A stretch of 64,000 nt of DNA from Anthoceros angustus (lineage: Eukaryota > Plantae > Anthocerotophyta), in contig MU008159.1 in NCBI GenBank assembly GCA_010909165.1, forward strand, positions 992,001 to 1,056,000. Reading direction: 5' to 3'. Position 1 is the stretch's first letter, and every line of letters begins with the position of its first letter. The notes under the pieces are model-generated. The model was not told the origin of the DNA, ran no database searches, and saw only the letters and a list, made by a program, of their open reading frames with translations. Position numbers and translations under genes: made by a program. Below, one piece after another: positions 14,201 to 25,659 of this stretch.

Positions 14201-17200
14201 GCTTCATTGCGAGACGGCTCCTTGCTAGCATGGCACACTAACGTGGCGATCTCTGTGGCCTGCTTGCCGTACAAGTCAAGGAATATGTGCTACGCCGTCC
14301 TCCTGCGCGGTCGGAGATGAAACTGCTCAGTCAATTATCCACTCGCCGGTGGGAAAGAAACTCCTGTCCTAGCGGTCGTAGTTTGTGGCCGTGGTCACCA
14401 AGCACGAGACATGGTCATGGCATCCGATGAGCACGGATTCAATGTGATGTGCACTCAAGTCTCGCCACACAGGCTCCACCCCGGAGGTCGGATGTTCCAT
14501 GGGGATTTGAAGTGCTTCTCACTGCAAACCAAGCCGTCTTTGACACCTTTATAATGAGGTGCGCGATGTCCAAAACACCACCACAGGTGCCACGTGATGA
14601 CCCGTCCCTCGGTTGTCTACCAACGTTACTCACTCGCATTCGCACTGTTGGTAAATTTGGATGCGTGGATGCTCCAGCGACCTGTTGGAAATTCATCATG
14701 CGGGTCATTTGCAATGGAAGGCATCACGGGCTCGGCTGAATTACTAACGGTGATCCGGAAAGGAACAAGTCCCCGGACCCAAATCTCCCGGCACATGAGC
14801 AGCGGGCTGACTTCACGTATGCGGCGATTCTTTGAGACGTTCCTCGTCATGCCCATGTCTGCAAGGACATTAATGGTGCCTGCAACAACCGTCTTTGTTG
14901 CTCATGTGTGACCAAAGGGGCATCATGTACAATTGCCCTAAAGCGGGCTGCCTCATCTCTGCATTGGCTCTGTCTTGTCACCGGAGTGAAGATGTATCCT
15001 TGTGGGATGGCGGTTCAGTGCAAGGGCATAAAGGATTGAGGCATTCTGCCCTTGCTCCTCGCACAGTGATGGGCCTGCATTTGCTAACACGATGTCAGCG
15101 GCAAGATTAATGGCATGCCCAACCCATGTAGCGGCACATCTTCCCTTAGCTTGTCACGAGGCAGAGCTACTCATCAACACCTCATGTGGGTGTCCATAAT
15201 CTTCTCCATTGTTTCATCGAACCCATCTGCTGCAGCTTAGCTCCACCAGCTTTCGAGGCTGGTTGTGGCGTGCCACTGTCTTGCCAAGGCGTACCGTGGC
15301 CTCGGCGTCATCTTGTCGCGTTCGCAACCTTGGCTTCGCTTTCTCCCTCATTGCTTGCTCTTAGAGTCCCAGTGCGGGGTTGCTCCTGTCTTGATGCTAT
15401 TGTAGCATCTCCGGTGATCTCGTATCTCCTCTCGGGGTGAAGTTGAAAGCACACGGTGCTCACATGACCATTCTTTTGACAATGAGTGCAAAGAGGCCTT
15501 AGGTGGGCACTTGCAATTCGGTGAGATGTGCTCGGGCGCCACAATGGTTGCACATGGTGTGTATGGCAGCTACTCCCTGTTATTGCTCCCGCCTTGGGGC
15601 TTAGCTGGTGTAGTCCTTGAAGAAGTTCCCCGTGACACCTTGCTTGAAAACATGCCTTGATAATGGTGGAAGGCCTTGGAATGCTTGGAGATCAGTATAT
15701 GCTTTTCATCCACTCAAAATTTCTTGAGGAATTTCTCCATTGCTTCTTGAGTGCAGCAGCATGCCGGTCCCATCTCGCAGCTTTTGCGACCTACGGAAAC
15801 ACATCGGGTCTCCCTTTCCGTGCAAAGCTTGCCCGCAATCTTCTCGGGAGTCTTGAGTGGAAAAGCCTTCTCGAGGATCTTCATGAACTCTTCCACAGGT
15901 TGGCATATTTGGGGTGTGTGTAGATTCATCAATCCCTGCGTCATGTCCTCTGTGGCCGTGAGAGGAGGCATCACGGTGGGTGGCGGCACAAATGGCGGCG
16001 ATTACTGCAGATATGGCTGCTGGTGGGCTGTCACTTGACCCGACTTGGCATTGAGGCCATCTGCGGTGCCCTTGGAATAATGGATTGGAGGCGGCCGTAG
16101 TTGAGGTCGGCTCCGCTTGGGCTTCATACAAATCCAGGCCTCATCGACCATGTATCGTATTGTTCGAACATGTAGAGGTGGTTATCGCAGCCCCATGTTT
16201 GAACTTGACCCTACTAATTGCCTCATTGACTCAGCCTAAAATCCCTCAACGATTGTGTTCTGCCAGAATTTCTCACCGCCATTTGGCCCTCCTTCCATCG
16301 TGTCGGAATCACCGGACGGGTCCTCTTGCCACAGGTCTTACATGATAAATGCGGGGTGACGAGCCACGGAAAGGCCTAATCCCGCCCTCCGGTGCACTCC
16401 CACCCGGCACCCCCTGCTCCTCCTTATCAGTCACCAGGTGTAAGTGGGGACCAGCTAACCCTAACTGGTGCAAAGGATCCTTGTCCGGGCTCTGTTACTG
16501 CTGGTAGGTCCTCTAAGGACAAATCTTGGCCGTGGTGCCCTTCTCCTTCTCACGAAAACCACAGGCTGGCACGTCCCTCGTTCAAAGCGATGCAGTGGGC
16601 TATCTCCCTCTTCACCGGTGGCATGCCCCATGTAAACGCCGGTGAGTCAAGGAAGCCAGCATCAATTGTCGGTGCGGAGGAAAACCTTAGCTGCGAGAAT
16701 CGATGTGAAACACAAACACACGCCAATCTTGCAACTCGGATCCTCCTCTGACCTCAAGCTTTTTTAGATGCCTCACTCACACGAGAATCCTCAGCCTGTT
16801 CAGCGACTCACTCCTCGTGCTCGTGCTGTACAAGACCCAGCACCTACCCGCAGAAGTGTTGGCGCACATAGCCAAATTCCCCAACTAAAACCCTTAGTGA
16901 TCAACTTCTCCCGGGCATTCAGTCCACTGTTTCTCACTCGAAAGTAGACAAAAATGATACCAACGGATTCGTCTCAGAGGCAAACAAGATGGTATGCAAA
17001 TTGAAAGCAGCCGACTCGTGTGGCGATCGCTATGAGCTCACGGACGGCCGTGGAAACTTGCAGTTGAGACATGGGAGGACTCAAAAATTATGAGAGGGCC
17101 TTGAGTTGTGCGGCTGCACACCTGGCTGGCACAGAAAATCCCCGCACCCAGTAGTAAAACCCAACAAGTCCTGCGGCAATCGACCATGCGAAACCCTAGC

Positions 17201-17785
17201 AAAATGCACACCACGTCAAGCCCATAGCGGGGTCAAGCTGCGAGCCGTAAGTGCAGACTCCTCCATGCTCCAGGCCAAGGCAGAATCAAGTTGAATGCTT
17301 CTCGAGCGATTGTAAAGTAAATGCACCGGCGCTCACATGTCTTGATGCTCACTTCCGATTCGAGAAAATTAAAGGCTGCCCTACGGGCTGCCTTGATAAG
17401 TCCCATGAACACGCACATTACACACATTGCCACAATCTTTGAGCACACACAATAGTCTTTGCATTCTGACCTAGAAATTCGACAACAACAAAATTGCGTG
17501 TTCGGCTAGCGTTCCTCCTAGGGACTTGACAAGCCTTCCAGCCGCCTTGGTCTTGTGCTCCGCAACCACCTTGCGTCTGATACGATGGGCACCACACTCT
17601 TGGTGCGGCATCCTCTTGGATTGGAGTGATCATGTCGCTTTCTCCCACCGGTGTGAGAGGAGACTGGCCCAAGCTTGGCCATTTTGCGGGTTATTTCCGA
17701 CTTTCTGTTTAAGGGCATTTAGTAATTATCGGTGTCTAAACTAACAAAACCTACTTGCTAAGCCCTAGCTTAGAGTTAGTTCTAG
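11214..17785 (-). mobile_element. pol: Ty3/gypsy element B, copy 1 (gag-PR-RT-RH-INT, frameshifted), with LTR-like sequence at ~17000-17785
   Basis: Minus-strand motifs: gag knuckle CTHCQKNGHVSTVC (15449-15490), RT MCGDYRPINAVT and FKNAPATFQ (12300-12700), RNase H VIAYASRSNNRAEANYS (~11800) and the start of the integrase HGHFGVKRT (~11250-11290). Confidence 0.9.
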
Positions 17786-17789
17786 CATG

Positions 17790-18721
17790 ATTTCCGTCAT
17801 GCTCGACAATGTCAACATCTGGAACTTTGCGGGAGTATGTAGTGAGTTTAGCTCTATTGTCTTGCAATGTCCGGAGATGCATGAGCGGGACAAACTCCAC
17901 AAGTTTATCAGCCTTAAGAGATGGGCTCAAAATAGGATAGCTTTGACTAATCCTCAAAGCGTTGCAAGAGGTATGGCGGCGGCGGATGCCATACCGGATA
18001 TGTTTATTCAAGAGGCACCGGTATCAAGAGGAAGATATCCTAGGTCTCGGGGTAGATCTAGAGGGAGGAGAGCTACCACCACAATAGTGGAACCAATGAG
18101 ACTCTTGGCGAGGCCGAGCTAGAGGAGATAAGTCGTGGAAGATGAGTGCCTAGCTCGGTGTGTGTTACGATTGCGGAAAGGACACTTTGCTAGGAATTGT
18201 CCACATGTTGGAGCTCCCAACTTGAATTTGCTTCGCCAATCCACTGTTCCAAGAGCCGGATTCAAGAACTTCGAGGAGCCCGGTGATGCCGGGGCCACAT
18301 GTTGTGAAGACATGTGGTGAGTCATCTAGTGTCAAGGATGACACTATAATGAGGAAAGGTGGAGATCTCATGTATATATGTGGGAAGATGAATGGCTTAG
18401 ATGTAGAGTTGTTGTTGGATTCTGCACCCACAATTTTATAACTCCTAGTAAGGCAAGAGAGCTTGGTCTTGAATGGGAAACTTCACGCCATATGGAATCA
18501 AGCAAGCTAAAGGGACTCTGCAATTTGTGAATTGCATGGAGTAAAAGCAAGTTGAAGCATGGCAAGGAAATGTGAGTTTCACAGTCGTCGAAATGGATGA
18601 CCATGATATCATCTTAGGCCTGGAGTGGATGAGATCCAATGAAGTATATATGGATGTTAAGTCTCGCACTATTGAGATATCCAGGAAGCACAAGGTGAGT
18701 TGTGCTAGTGTTAGCCAGAAG
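17790..18721 (+). mobile_element. gag: Ty3/gypsy element A: gag C-terminal half and aspartic protease (frameshifted)
   Basis: Motifs EFSSIVLQCPEMHERDKLHKF, a degenerate knuckle ...KGHFARNCP (~18160-18200), VELLLDS and DIILGLEWM (18400-18640). Confidence 0.85.
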
Positions 18722-19992
18722 AACACGATATCTTTCGAAGGGGGTGAATATTCACGAAGAGGGTTTTGTGACATATATCTTCTGAAGGGGGTTTCACATG
18801 GGTCTTGAACTGGTGGTTTTTGAGGTATGAATGAATATAAGGAGAAAAGAAGGGTGGAAATTCACGTGAACCCGGTGATACAAGGTCCATTTCATGCCGG
18901 TGAAGGGTTATGGTGCAAGAGGTAACCCTATTTGGGGTGCATTTAAGACCCATGACAAGGGCCATTCTTTGGGTCCTGCGGGTCTTTCTCAACAACCCTA
19001 AAGATTCGTAAAAAACACGGTGATCAAAATTGGATGAGAGCGAACCGATGGGGAGCAAAGCATGTCGAGGAGTAGGGCGCCGGCGGCGCCTTTTCCCATT
19101 GCGATGATGCCTTGCGAGAGTAGCGAGCCCATAGCGGGATGTGTGTACAAAAGACTTTGGGTGTGGGGTGGGTGGGTGGCGCACACCCTCAATTGTGCCC
19201 ATAAATATAATCACATGGTTCGATCCACGTGCAATCGATGAATGAAGAAAAGTGTGGGGCGGTTCCGCCAACATATCGCGCGAAAAACATGCAGAGCTCA
19301 TCGTGTGTTACTGTTAGTATGCAATGCGAGCCAACTACCTCCCCACATGTCGCATGTAATGGAAAAAGGCTTGAACATTGGAAGTTATTAAGCATGGGAA
19401 GTCTACGGCACCACAGAGAGCACAACCAAATTCCTATCATGGGCCTAGACTCTTTTGAAATATATCTGCGCTTGGAAATGTGCACTCCAAACTACGAGAA
19501 TTGAGCTTCACGCATAACCTCACCAATTGCCCGTTGAAGATGACCTAACATTCGGAGGGTTTCCTACTCTTACGGACTCCACGCCATCATCTTCGTTGGG
19601 CACGGCATCATGACCATCATCTTCACTATCCTCGGTGGCACTTTGACTCGCTGGTTGAATAAAGCCTCAATTCAATTAAGTTATTCTTGATTGCCTTCTT
19701 ATCCACAGTACAAATGTTTCCCGTCAAGTTGAACTCATAATAGAGGATGACCGTTTGGTGAACAAAAACCTCTACTTACACGATCTATTTCTGACAGTCT
19801 CAAAAGTAATGCTATGCTTCACGTTTTGGCGGGTGAACATGCCCATATATTCTTGAGAACAGCGCACATAGTACTGATCTGAATGAATGAATGAAAATAG
19901 GTCCATAGGTGTTTTGAAAATGTGTGCAACCATGGCATGAGAGGAGTTTCAATATACACATCCATAAAGAAGCACTGGCCGAGGCCCTTCCC

Positions 19993-20097
19993 AACAAGCC
20001 TTGTACATGGGCGGCCGGCCCCTAACAAGCCTTGTACATGGGCGTGGCGGCCCTTCCCTTGTACATGGGCGCCCGGCCTTAAGCCTTGTACATGGGC
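19993..20097 (+). repeat. Four copies of CCTTGTACATGGGC at ~25-33 bp spacing
   Basis: Copies fall near 19998, 20030, 20057 and 20084. Confidence 0.8.
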
Positions 20098-20145
20098 TGC
20101 CATTGATAAAATAAATAATTAGTGCTTCTAATGTGTTTCAACCTA

Positions 20146-23100
20146 GGATAGTTACTCAAGTGGTTTGGCTCAATTGGCGGGAGGCGGAGGCGGAGTGAGT
20201 GCGTGTAGGAGTGCGGGCCGGAGGCGGAGGCCCAGGCCGGAGGTGCAGGCGGGCGGTGGGGAGGCAGTGCAGGGGAGGCAGGCAGTGCAGTGTGTGCGGC
20301 GTAGGGTGCAGGCCAGGCGGAGTGCAGGCGGGGCGGTGAGGCGTGTCGCTCACAGGCCAGGCGTCTGGAGGATTGATCAGCCTTGGTTTCGGCGCCCGTC
20401 TTGCCAAGTTGGGCGGGCCAGCGTGGTGTGTGGGGGTTCTTTTAGGTCCCTACGGGGTTTTTCGGCCTTGAGGGCTCTTGCCCCGGGTCTTGTAATAACT
20501 GCAGGCCAAAGTGCAGTAATTGGGCAACGCTTATGGCGCGCTAATCTCTCTTTCGGTGTTCTACTACGGTATTTTGTGGCGGTAATGGCTCCGGATGGCC
20601 TTAAAGCGTCCTCTCTTGAATCTAAGGTGCAATATGACATGGCAGATCTGTTCTCCAGGGTTCATAGTCTTGAGGCAGGTGACTCTCGTTTTGGAGGACA
20701 AATACTTTCTTTCATGGAGTCTGTTACTATCTTGGAGGCTAGACTCGAAGATTTCTCTGCCAAGCACTCGGATCTATCTGATAGGTTTGAGGCCCTCCAG
20801 ACAGCCAATGATTCCCTCCTCAATGAATTACGGCAAACACAGGCTGATGTTTTGAGCCTTCAGAATGGGAACACCTTATTGCGAGACTTCTCTAGACACT
20901 TTCGCATGGATATGGCCCACATCGATCTTGAGACATCTCTTAAGGAGCTCAGGAAGATTTACGGCGAGGCTAATATGATCTCTAAGCACGTTGGTGACCA
21001 CAATTCCACACTCTACTCCGGCTACCACGTTTGACCTACGGCCTTTTGGAGAAGGTTGAAATTATTGAAGACAAATTAACTTCTATCCGTCTTGGCATGT
21101 CCAAGAATGATGAGGTTATTCAAGAATTGCGGGATAGGCCCCTTGCCTCGACCCGATCTTTTTGCCCGTCACGGAACTACGCCATTCACGCTACCATTTG
21201 AGTCGCGATCGCGATAGCGATCTCGAAACCTCCGTATTACGGGGATATCGGGAACTACTCCGAAGTGTCTGTAAGGGGTTTTGGTGATGTTATCAAGGTC
21301 GATGTTCGGTTCCAACACGCTTGGAGAGTGGGTAAGGACCATTCTCGATCCCCACTTATATTGTCGTTTTTACTCTTGAGGGCAGTTGCGTGTGTTACGT
21401 GCGCACAAACTTGAAAGGCCAAGATATATTTGTCAACCACGACCTTACTCCTCTCAATGGGAGCAAAGAGCAATTGTTGCTTGGTAGCAAAATCGGAGGG
21501 TATGGTGGCTTATTTCATTGATGTGACCTAGTTATACGGGAACCCAAGGCGCGCGCATGTCCGTAGGGATGCGGGCCGTGATGGCATCCTCCGCACGGCT
21601 TCTTGGAATTACAGCGGATCTATCAATCTACACCACAGGCGGAATGCTTGATCTCCTCACGGGCGGGATTGCGGGATATTGTGTTCTATCGAGACTCATG
21701 AGCATCATACCCGCCCCAGGCGTTCTCCGGATATTCATGTTTTCTACCTTTAGACACCATGTCTCCAGCTCTCCCAAGGCTTTGATTGCTTGCTTTATTT
21801 TGAGTCCTTGACTCCTTTTATCTCCTTATTCGTCATGAGCTTAGCTCATCCTCTGGGTTCAATTCTGTGCTCTTTTCTCTTCTCACCGTGACTTATATGT
21901 TGGCGTCATACTTCCTCCAAGGTCCTCCAAATATGCTCGGTAATCCATATGCGGATCTCTCGAGTCCATCTCGAGTTTTCCCCTATTGATATTCTTCTCG
22001 TTGGGGACTTCAACGCTTGGACCCAGTCAACAATTGCTATCTATGATTCCTTGGATTTCGACAAAATTTCTTGGATCACGACCTCGGGCTCGATCGGTCT
22101 TCTCGATACCCATCCACTAAATTCCTATGGTGTTGCCCTTTTCGTCTTGAATCCCACAACATGGTCATTTTCAGGACTCCCGTTGGTAGGACAGTAATTC
22201 TTTCTTGAGATGGTTCCTCTTCTAGCGGGTTGGATTATGTTATTCGGCCTTCTCGCGTATTTCTAGGCTCTGGACTCTGGACTCCACATGTTTTGGAGTC
22301 GACCATCTTCTTGATTGTTTTGATCTTTGTTCCTCCTCCCCCCTCGGGATCCCCTCCCCTCCTTGTCTCTCCACAGATTCACCTTTCCACAAGACCTTGT
22401 ACCCCAATTTTCCGCTTGCTCCGCTCCTCCTTGCTTCCATTCCCCCCCCACCTCCCTTTTCTTGCCTTGTTGCCGCCTCTGCTGTTCTAACCTCTGCCGC
22501 TCCACTTTTCCTTTCAAATTTTGCCATCCTCCCGTGCAAACCAACCCCGCCATCCACGGTTTGATGCGGATTGTAGCGCATGCGCTCTCAATTGCATCTC
22601 ACTTTGCGCCAACTTAATCTCCTCCCGGATCCCATCATTCCGCTCTTTACAAAGCCCTCAAGCCTTACAAAGCCTTCATCTCCATGAAAAGTCCCAATTC
22701 ATCCAAAATGAACACACCCGTCTTATCTCTGCTTGAGCGTCCCGGTGGCTCGCCTTTTGGAAGGAATTCCACCCTCACCCATTCTTCTCAAAGCCACTCC
22801 GAACTCCTCTCCTATGTTCATAGTCTTTACCACATCCCCTCGCCCTCCACCTTTGATTCCTCGATCACGGTCTCGGGTTTTCACGCCAATCTAGTTTGCT
22901 GTCAGGGCTCGGAGTGGTGCACTCACCCTAATGGTATCCACAGGGATTTATTCCGGTTCTTGACTCTACCTCCTTCTCCTCGCATCTTGCCTCTGTTTAA
23001 TGATGCTTTGTCTTTGGTTTCCGATCCTTGGTGTGAGAATGATATCCACTCCATTCTCAAGGTGGCGACCCTTATCTCCCTTCTAATTACCGATTTATCA

Positions 23101-24965
23101 CCGTGGAGTCTATCTATGCTAAGATCTTTAGCTCTAGTTTGGAGATCTTGACTACTTCTGGTGAGGAGGCTAAGGTGTGCTCGGGGCCAAGCCGGTTTCC
23201 TACTTTGGATCATCTTTTACCCTCCGGGCTATTGTTGAAGGGCTCGACATGAAGAAGCTCTCTTGTTGTTTGTTGACTTTAAGCGTGCTTTCAACTCTGT
23301 GCCTTGGGATAAGTTGTTTGACGAGACTTCAATCTCTTAAGATGCCTCCTCATTTGTGGCATCTTGCTACCCTTCTCTACAAAGGGTCTTTGCTCGAATC
23401 AAGACTCCCGTGGTTTGTCTTCCCACGGATCCCTATCCAACTTGGCGTTCGCGAGGCGACCCTTTGTCCCCAAATCTCTTTGGGTTGTATATTGATGAGC
23501 TTGAGGAATGGCTTCTTGATCTGGCGACCACGGTGCTCGGCTATTTGGAAAGTATTCCTATCCTCCTATATGGATGATATTGTTCTTTTATCTCATTCCC
23601 GGAGAACCAATGGATGTTTTATCCCTTTTTGTAAAACCAAGGGTCTCTTTGTCAATCTGCGCAAGACCAAGATTATGCGGTTCAACACTCGGGATTACAA
23701 GGGTGATTGCAAATTTTATTATGATGATGGTCGGAGGTGGAGATGGTTCGATCCTATACTTATCTAGGTATCACTATTTTGGTCCTAAATTTAATGGACC
23801 TCCTCTGCCTCCTCCGCGCTACCAAGGGGATGGGCTCATGCTGCTGCCGTTCTTTATCTGAGGATGAATCTTAGGATATCAATCTTGAGCGGTATTCAAC
23901 ACTATGGTAATTCCCTCCGCCTTGTATGGCGCTGAAATTTGGGGCCGGATCTTTCCCTTCTTCTTGGGCGAAGGTGGAAAGGGTTCAATCTTCCTTTCTC
24001 CGCGCTCACATTGCTTGTAAGCGTTCAACTCCATTACCCATCCTCCTTTACGAATTTGCGCCTTTCCCTCGAACTTGATGGCCTTTTTCGTCTCTCATCC
24101 TTTCTTTACCGCCTCCACCTCCTTGATATTGCTAATCCCATTTTGGATCCCCTTACCTCCTCCTTGCCTTTAGGTCCTCCCGCTCGCTCACGGCTCAATC
24201 TTGACCCACAAGCTTCTTTTGTTTGGCTTTCTCAAGCTGCCAAGCTTAGAAGATTCGAGTTTGAACCTTTTACTCCTGTGGCCCTCTCCCTCCTCCCAAC
24301 TCCCCTTTCTCACATCCCCCAACCACTCCATTCGGGGCCCTTAAATTAAGATACCTTCGCCTCATGGTCCCTCTTTCCTTTTCCCCCTCTCACTTCTAGA
24401 CTCCGCTTTTACAAAGACGAGCTCAGTTAATCCTCCCTCGTAAATTTCCTACCACCGCTACCTCGGTTCCCCTTTCCTTCAAACTCCGCACACTCATAGG
24501 TCAATTTGTAGCTCCCACCACCTCCGGATTGAGACCGATTGGCTCAAGCCTACCCCTCCCAAGGCGATAGGATGCAAGCTTTGCTCCTTGGATCCACGAA
24601 TCAATCACACTTCCTCTTTTGTTGTCCGCCTATGCCGATATTCGGTCTCGTTACTCTCTTCTTTTTGAATGTGCTTCTTGCTGATTTTCTCTTTCCACAT
24701 TCCTAGGCTCTGGACTATGTCTCTGAGCTTCTTGATCTTGGTCCTTGTTGGACTCCTTGTAGTCTTTGCCTTCTTTTGCTTCCCTCATCAGTCGCTTCTC
24801 TAGTTCGACGTGCGTAAGTGTACTCGGTTTTAAACCTCTTTTCTGTTGTACTATCTCATCCCATGATGGTTCTTCCATCCTTAGTGGACATAAATAAAGT
24901 TGTTGTTGTTGTTGTTGTTTGGAAACAATATGTGCATGAATAGGTCATGGGTTCAAGTCCTGTGA
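20146..24965 (+). other. tRNA-derived (SINE-like) sequence split by the LINE: 20146-20168 plus 24923-24965
   Basis: The rebuilt empty site reads ggatagttactcaagtggtttggaaacaatatgtgcatgaataggtcatgggttcaagtcc. It has an A-box-like tactcaagtgg and a canonical B-box ggttcaagtcc (24950-24960) about 42 nt apart. Confidence 0.55.
20169..24916 (+). mobile_element. Full-length LINE: GC-rich 5' UTR, coiled-coil ORF1, APE-RT ORF2 with C-terminal CCHC-like motif, (GTT)n tail; frameshifted
   Basis: ORF1 starts at ~20585 (MAPDGLKASS...ILEARLEDFSAKHSDLSDRFEALQ). APE motifs are SWN (21600), ETH and LLVGDFNAW (~22000). RT motifs are DFKRAFNSVPWDKL, GDPLSPNLFGLYID and LY-DDIVLLS (23270-23600), then VIPSALYGAEIWG and SHHLRIET...CKLC...HFLF.CP (24500-24640). 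An aataaa is followed by (gtt)n at 24893-24919. TSD GTTTGG lies at 20163-20168 and 24917-24922. Confidence 0.9.
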
Positions 24966-25659
24966 GGCGTGAAAAACTTCTTGTTGATTTTATAGGCACG
25001 GCCATTTAAGGCGCTAGCATGCCCTCTATTGGTGACTTGAGGTGTGCGGGATATATTCCTAGCGGATCCATGGGTATGAGGTTTTTGCGGATGTTGTGAA
25101 GAATTGACATTAGAGGCCCACCGCGGAGGCTTGCGCAGTGCAGGCAAAGGAGGTGTGTATCAGAAGGACTCTTTGAAAGCGCGGTGGTTTCTTTGAATGC
25201 TCGTCTGAAGACCAAAGCGGGGAGGGTGAGCGAAGACTCAAGGGCTTTGGGCGAGCGATAGCTTTGATGAAGGAGGCTGGAGGCGGATTCAGAAATTTGG
25301 TCATCGTGATGGATTGAGTCAGCTCTAGCACCCGATGAGTCTGAGTTAGTCATAGAGTAGGTTACGCAGACACCTAGATGTGCTTCTTCTACGTATTCGT
25401 AATAACTTTTGGACCCGTTGTAGTGAGGCAATTGATGATCTCATTTCCCTCTTCCTCAAAAACGAGGCGCGGCCGGCCGAGCGCCTTCCCATAATTGTTG
25501 TCTTTGTGTGTTGGAAGCGGGTTTTCATGATAACTACTCGTTGGAAAAGCGGTCGACCTTTCTTGAAAGCGAGGCATATATTTGAATTTGTGGATGTGAG
25601 AGCTAGAGGTTTCCATGTCACGAAGGGGTTGGATATTCACCCCTTGAAGATATCGTGTT

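Larger units (their letters stand above)
1..18154 (+). repeat. Collinear duplicate of 41137-51021, interrupted by six inserted segments copied from 55139-59478
   Basis: Matches to the template: 1-83=41137-41219, 1407-1958=41224-41773, 2354-3077=42264-42987, 4622-4720=43072-43170, 6451-6799=43253-43600, 8672-8909=43774-44011 and 11214-18154=44075-51021. The intervening pieces match 55652-57056, 55139-55568, 56214-57843, 56288-58105, 56881-58849 and 57039-59478. Confidence 0.9.
18722..25659. mobile_element. Non-autonomous TIR DNA transposon of unassigned superfamily, ~2.2 kb excluding the nested LINE, inserted between PR and RT of gypsy A
   Basis: The left end aacacgatatctttcgaagggggtgaatat and the reverse complement of the right end aacacgatatcttcaaggggtgaatat form an imperfect ~28-bp TIR. 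GAAG is duplicated at 18718-18721 and 25660-25663. Excision restores agc cag aag ctt gag in the gypsy frame. Confidence 0.75.

Noticed and set aside
16955-16962. tRNA-Met primer binding site (rc TGGTATCA; also 49822-49829) for element B
   Set aside because: The match is only 8 nt and is not preceded by a clear LTR-terminal CA. It is positionally plausible but not supportable.
20165-20584. N-terminal half of the 289-aa ORF
   Set aside because: This is GC-rich LINE 5' UTR read through from a TTG; only the part from ATG 20585 resembles ORF1.
20146-24965. Functional tRNA gene
   Set aside because: It is interrupted by 4.7 kb, and the rejoined sequence lacks proper acceptor and anticodon stems.
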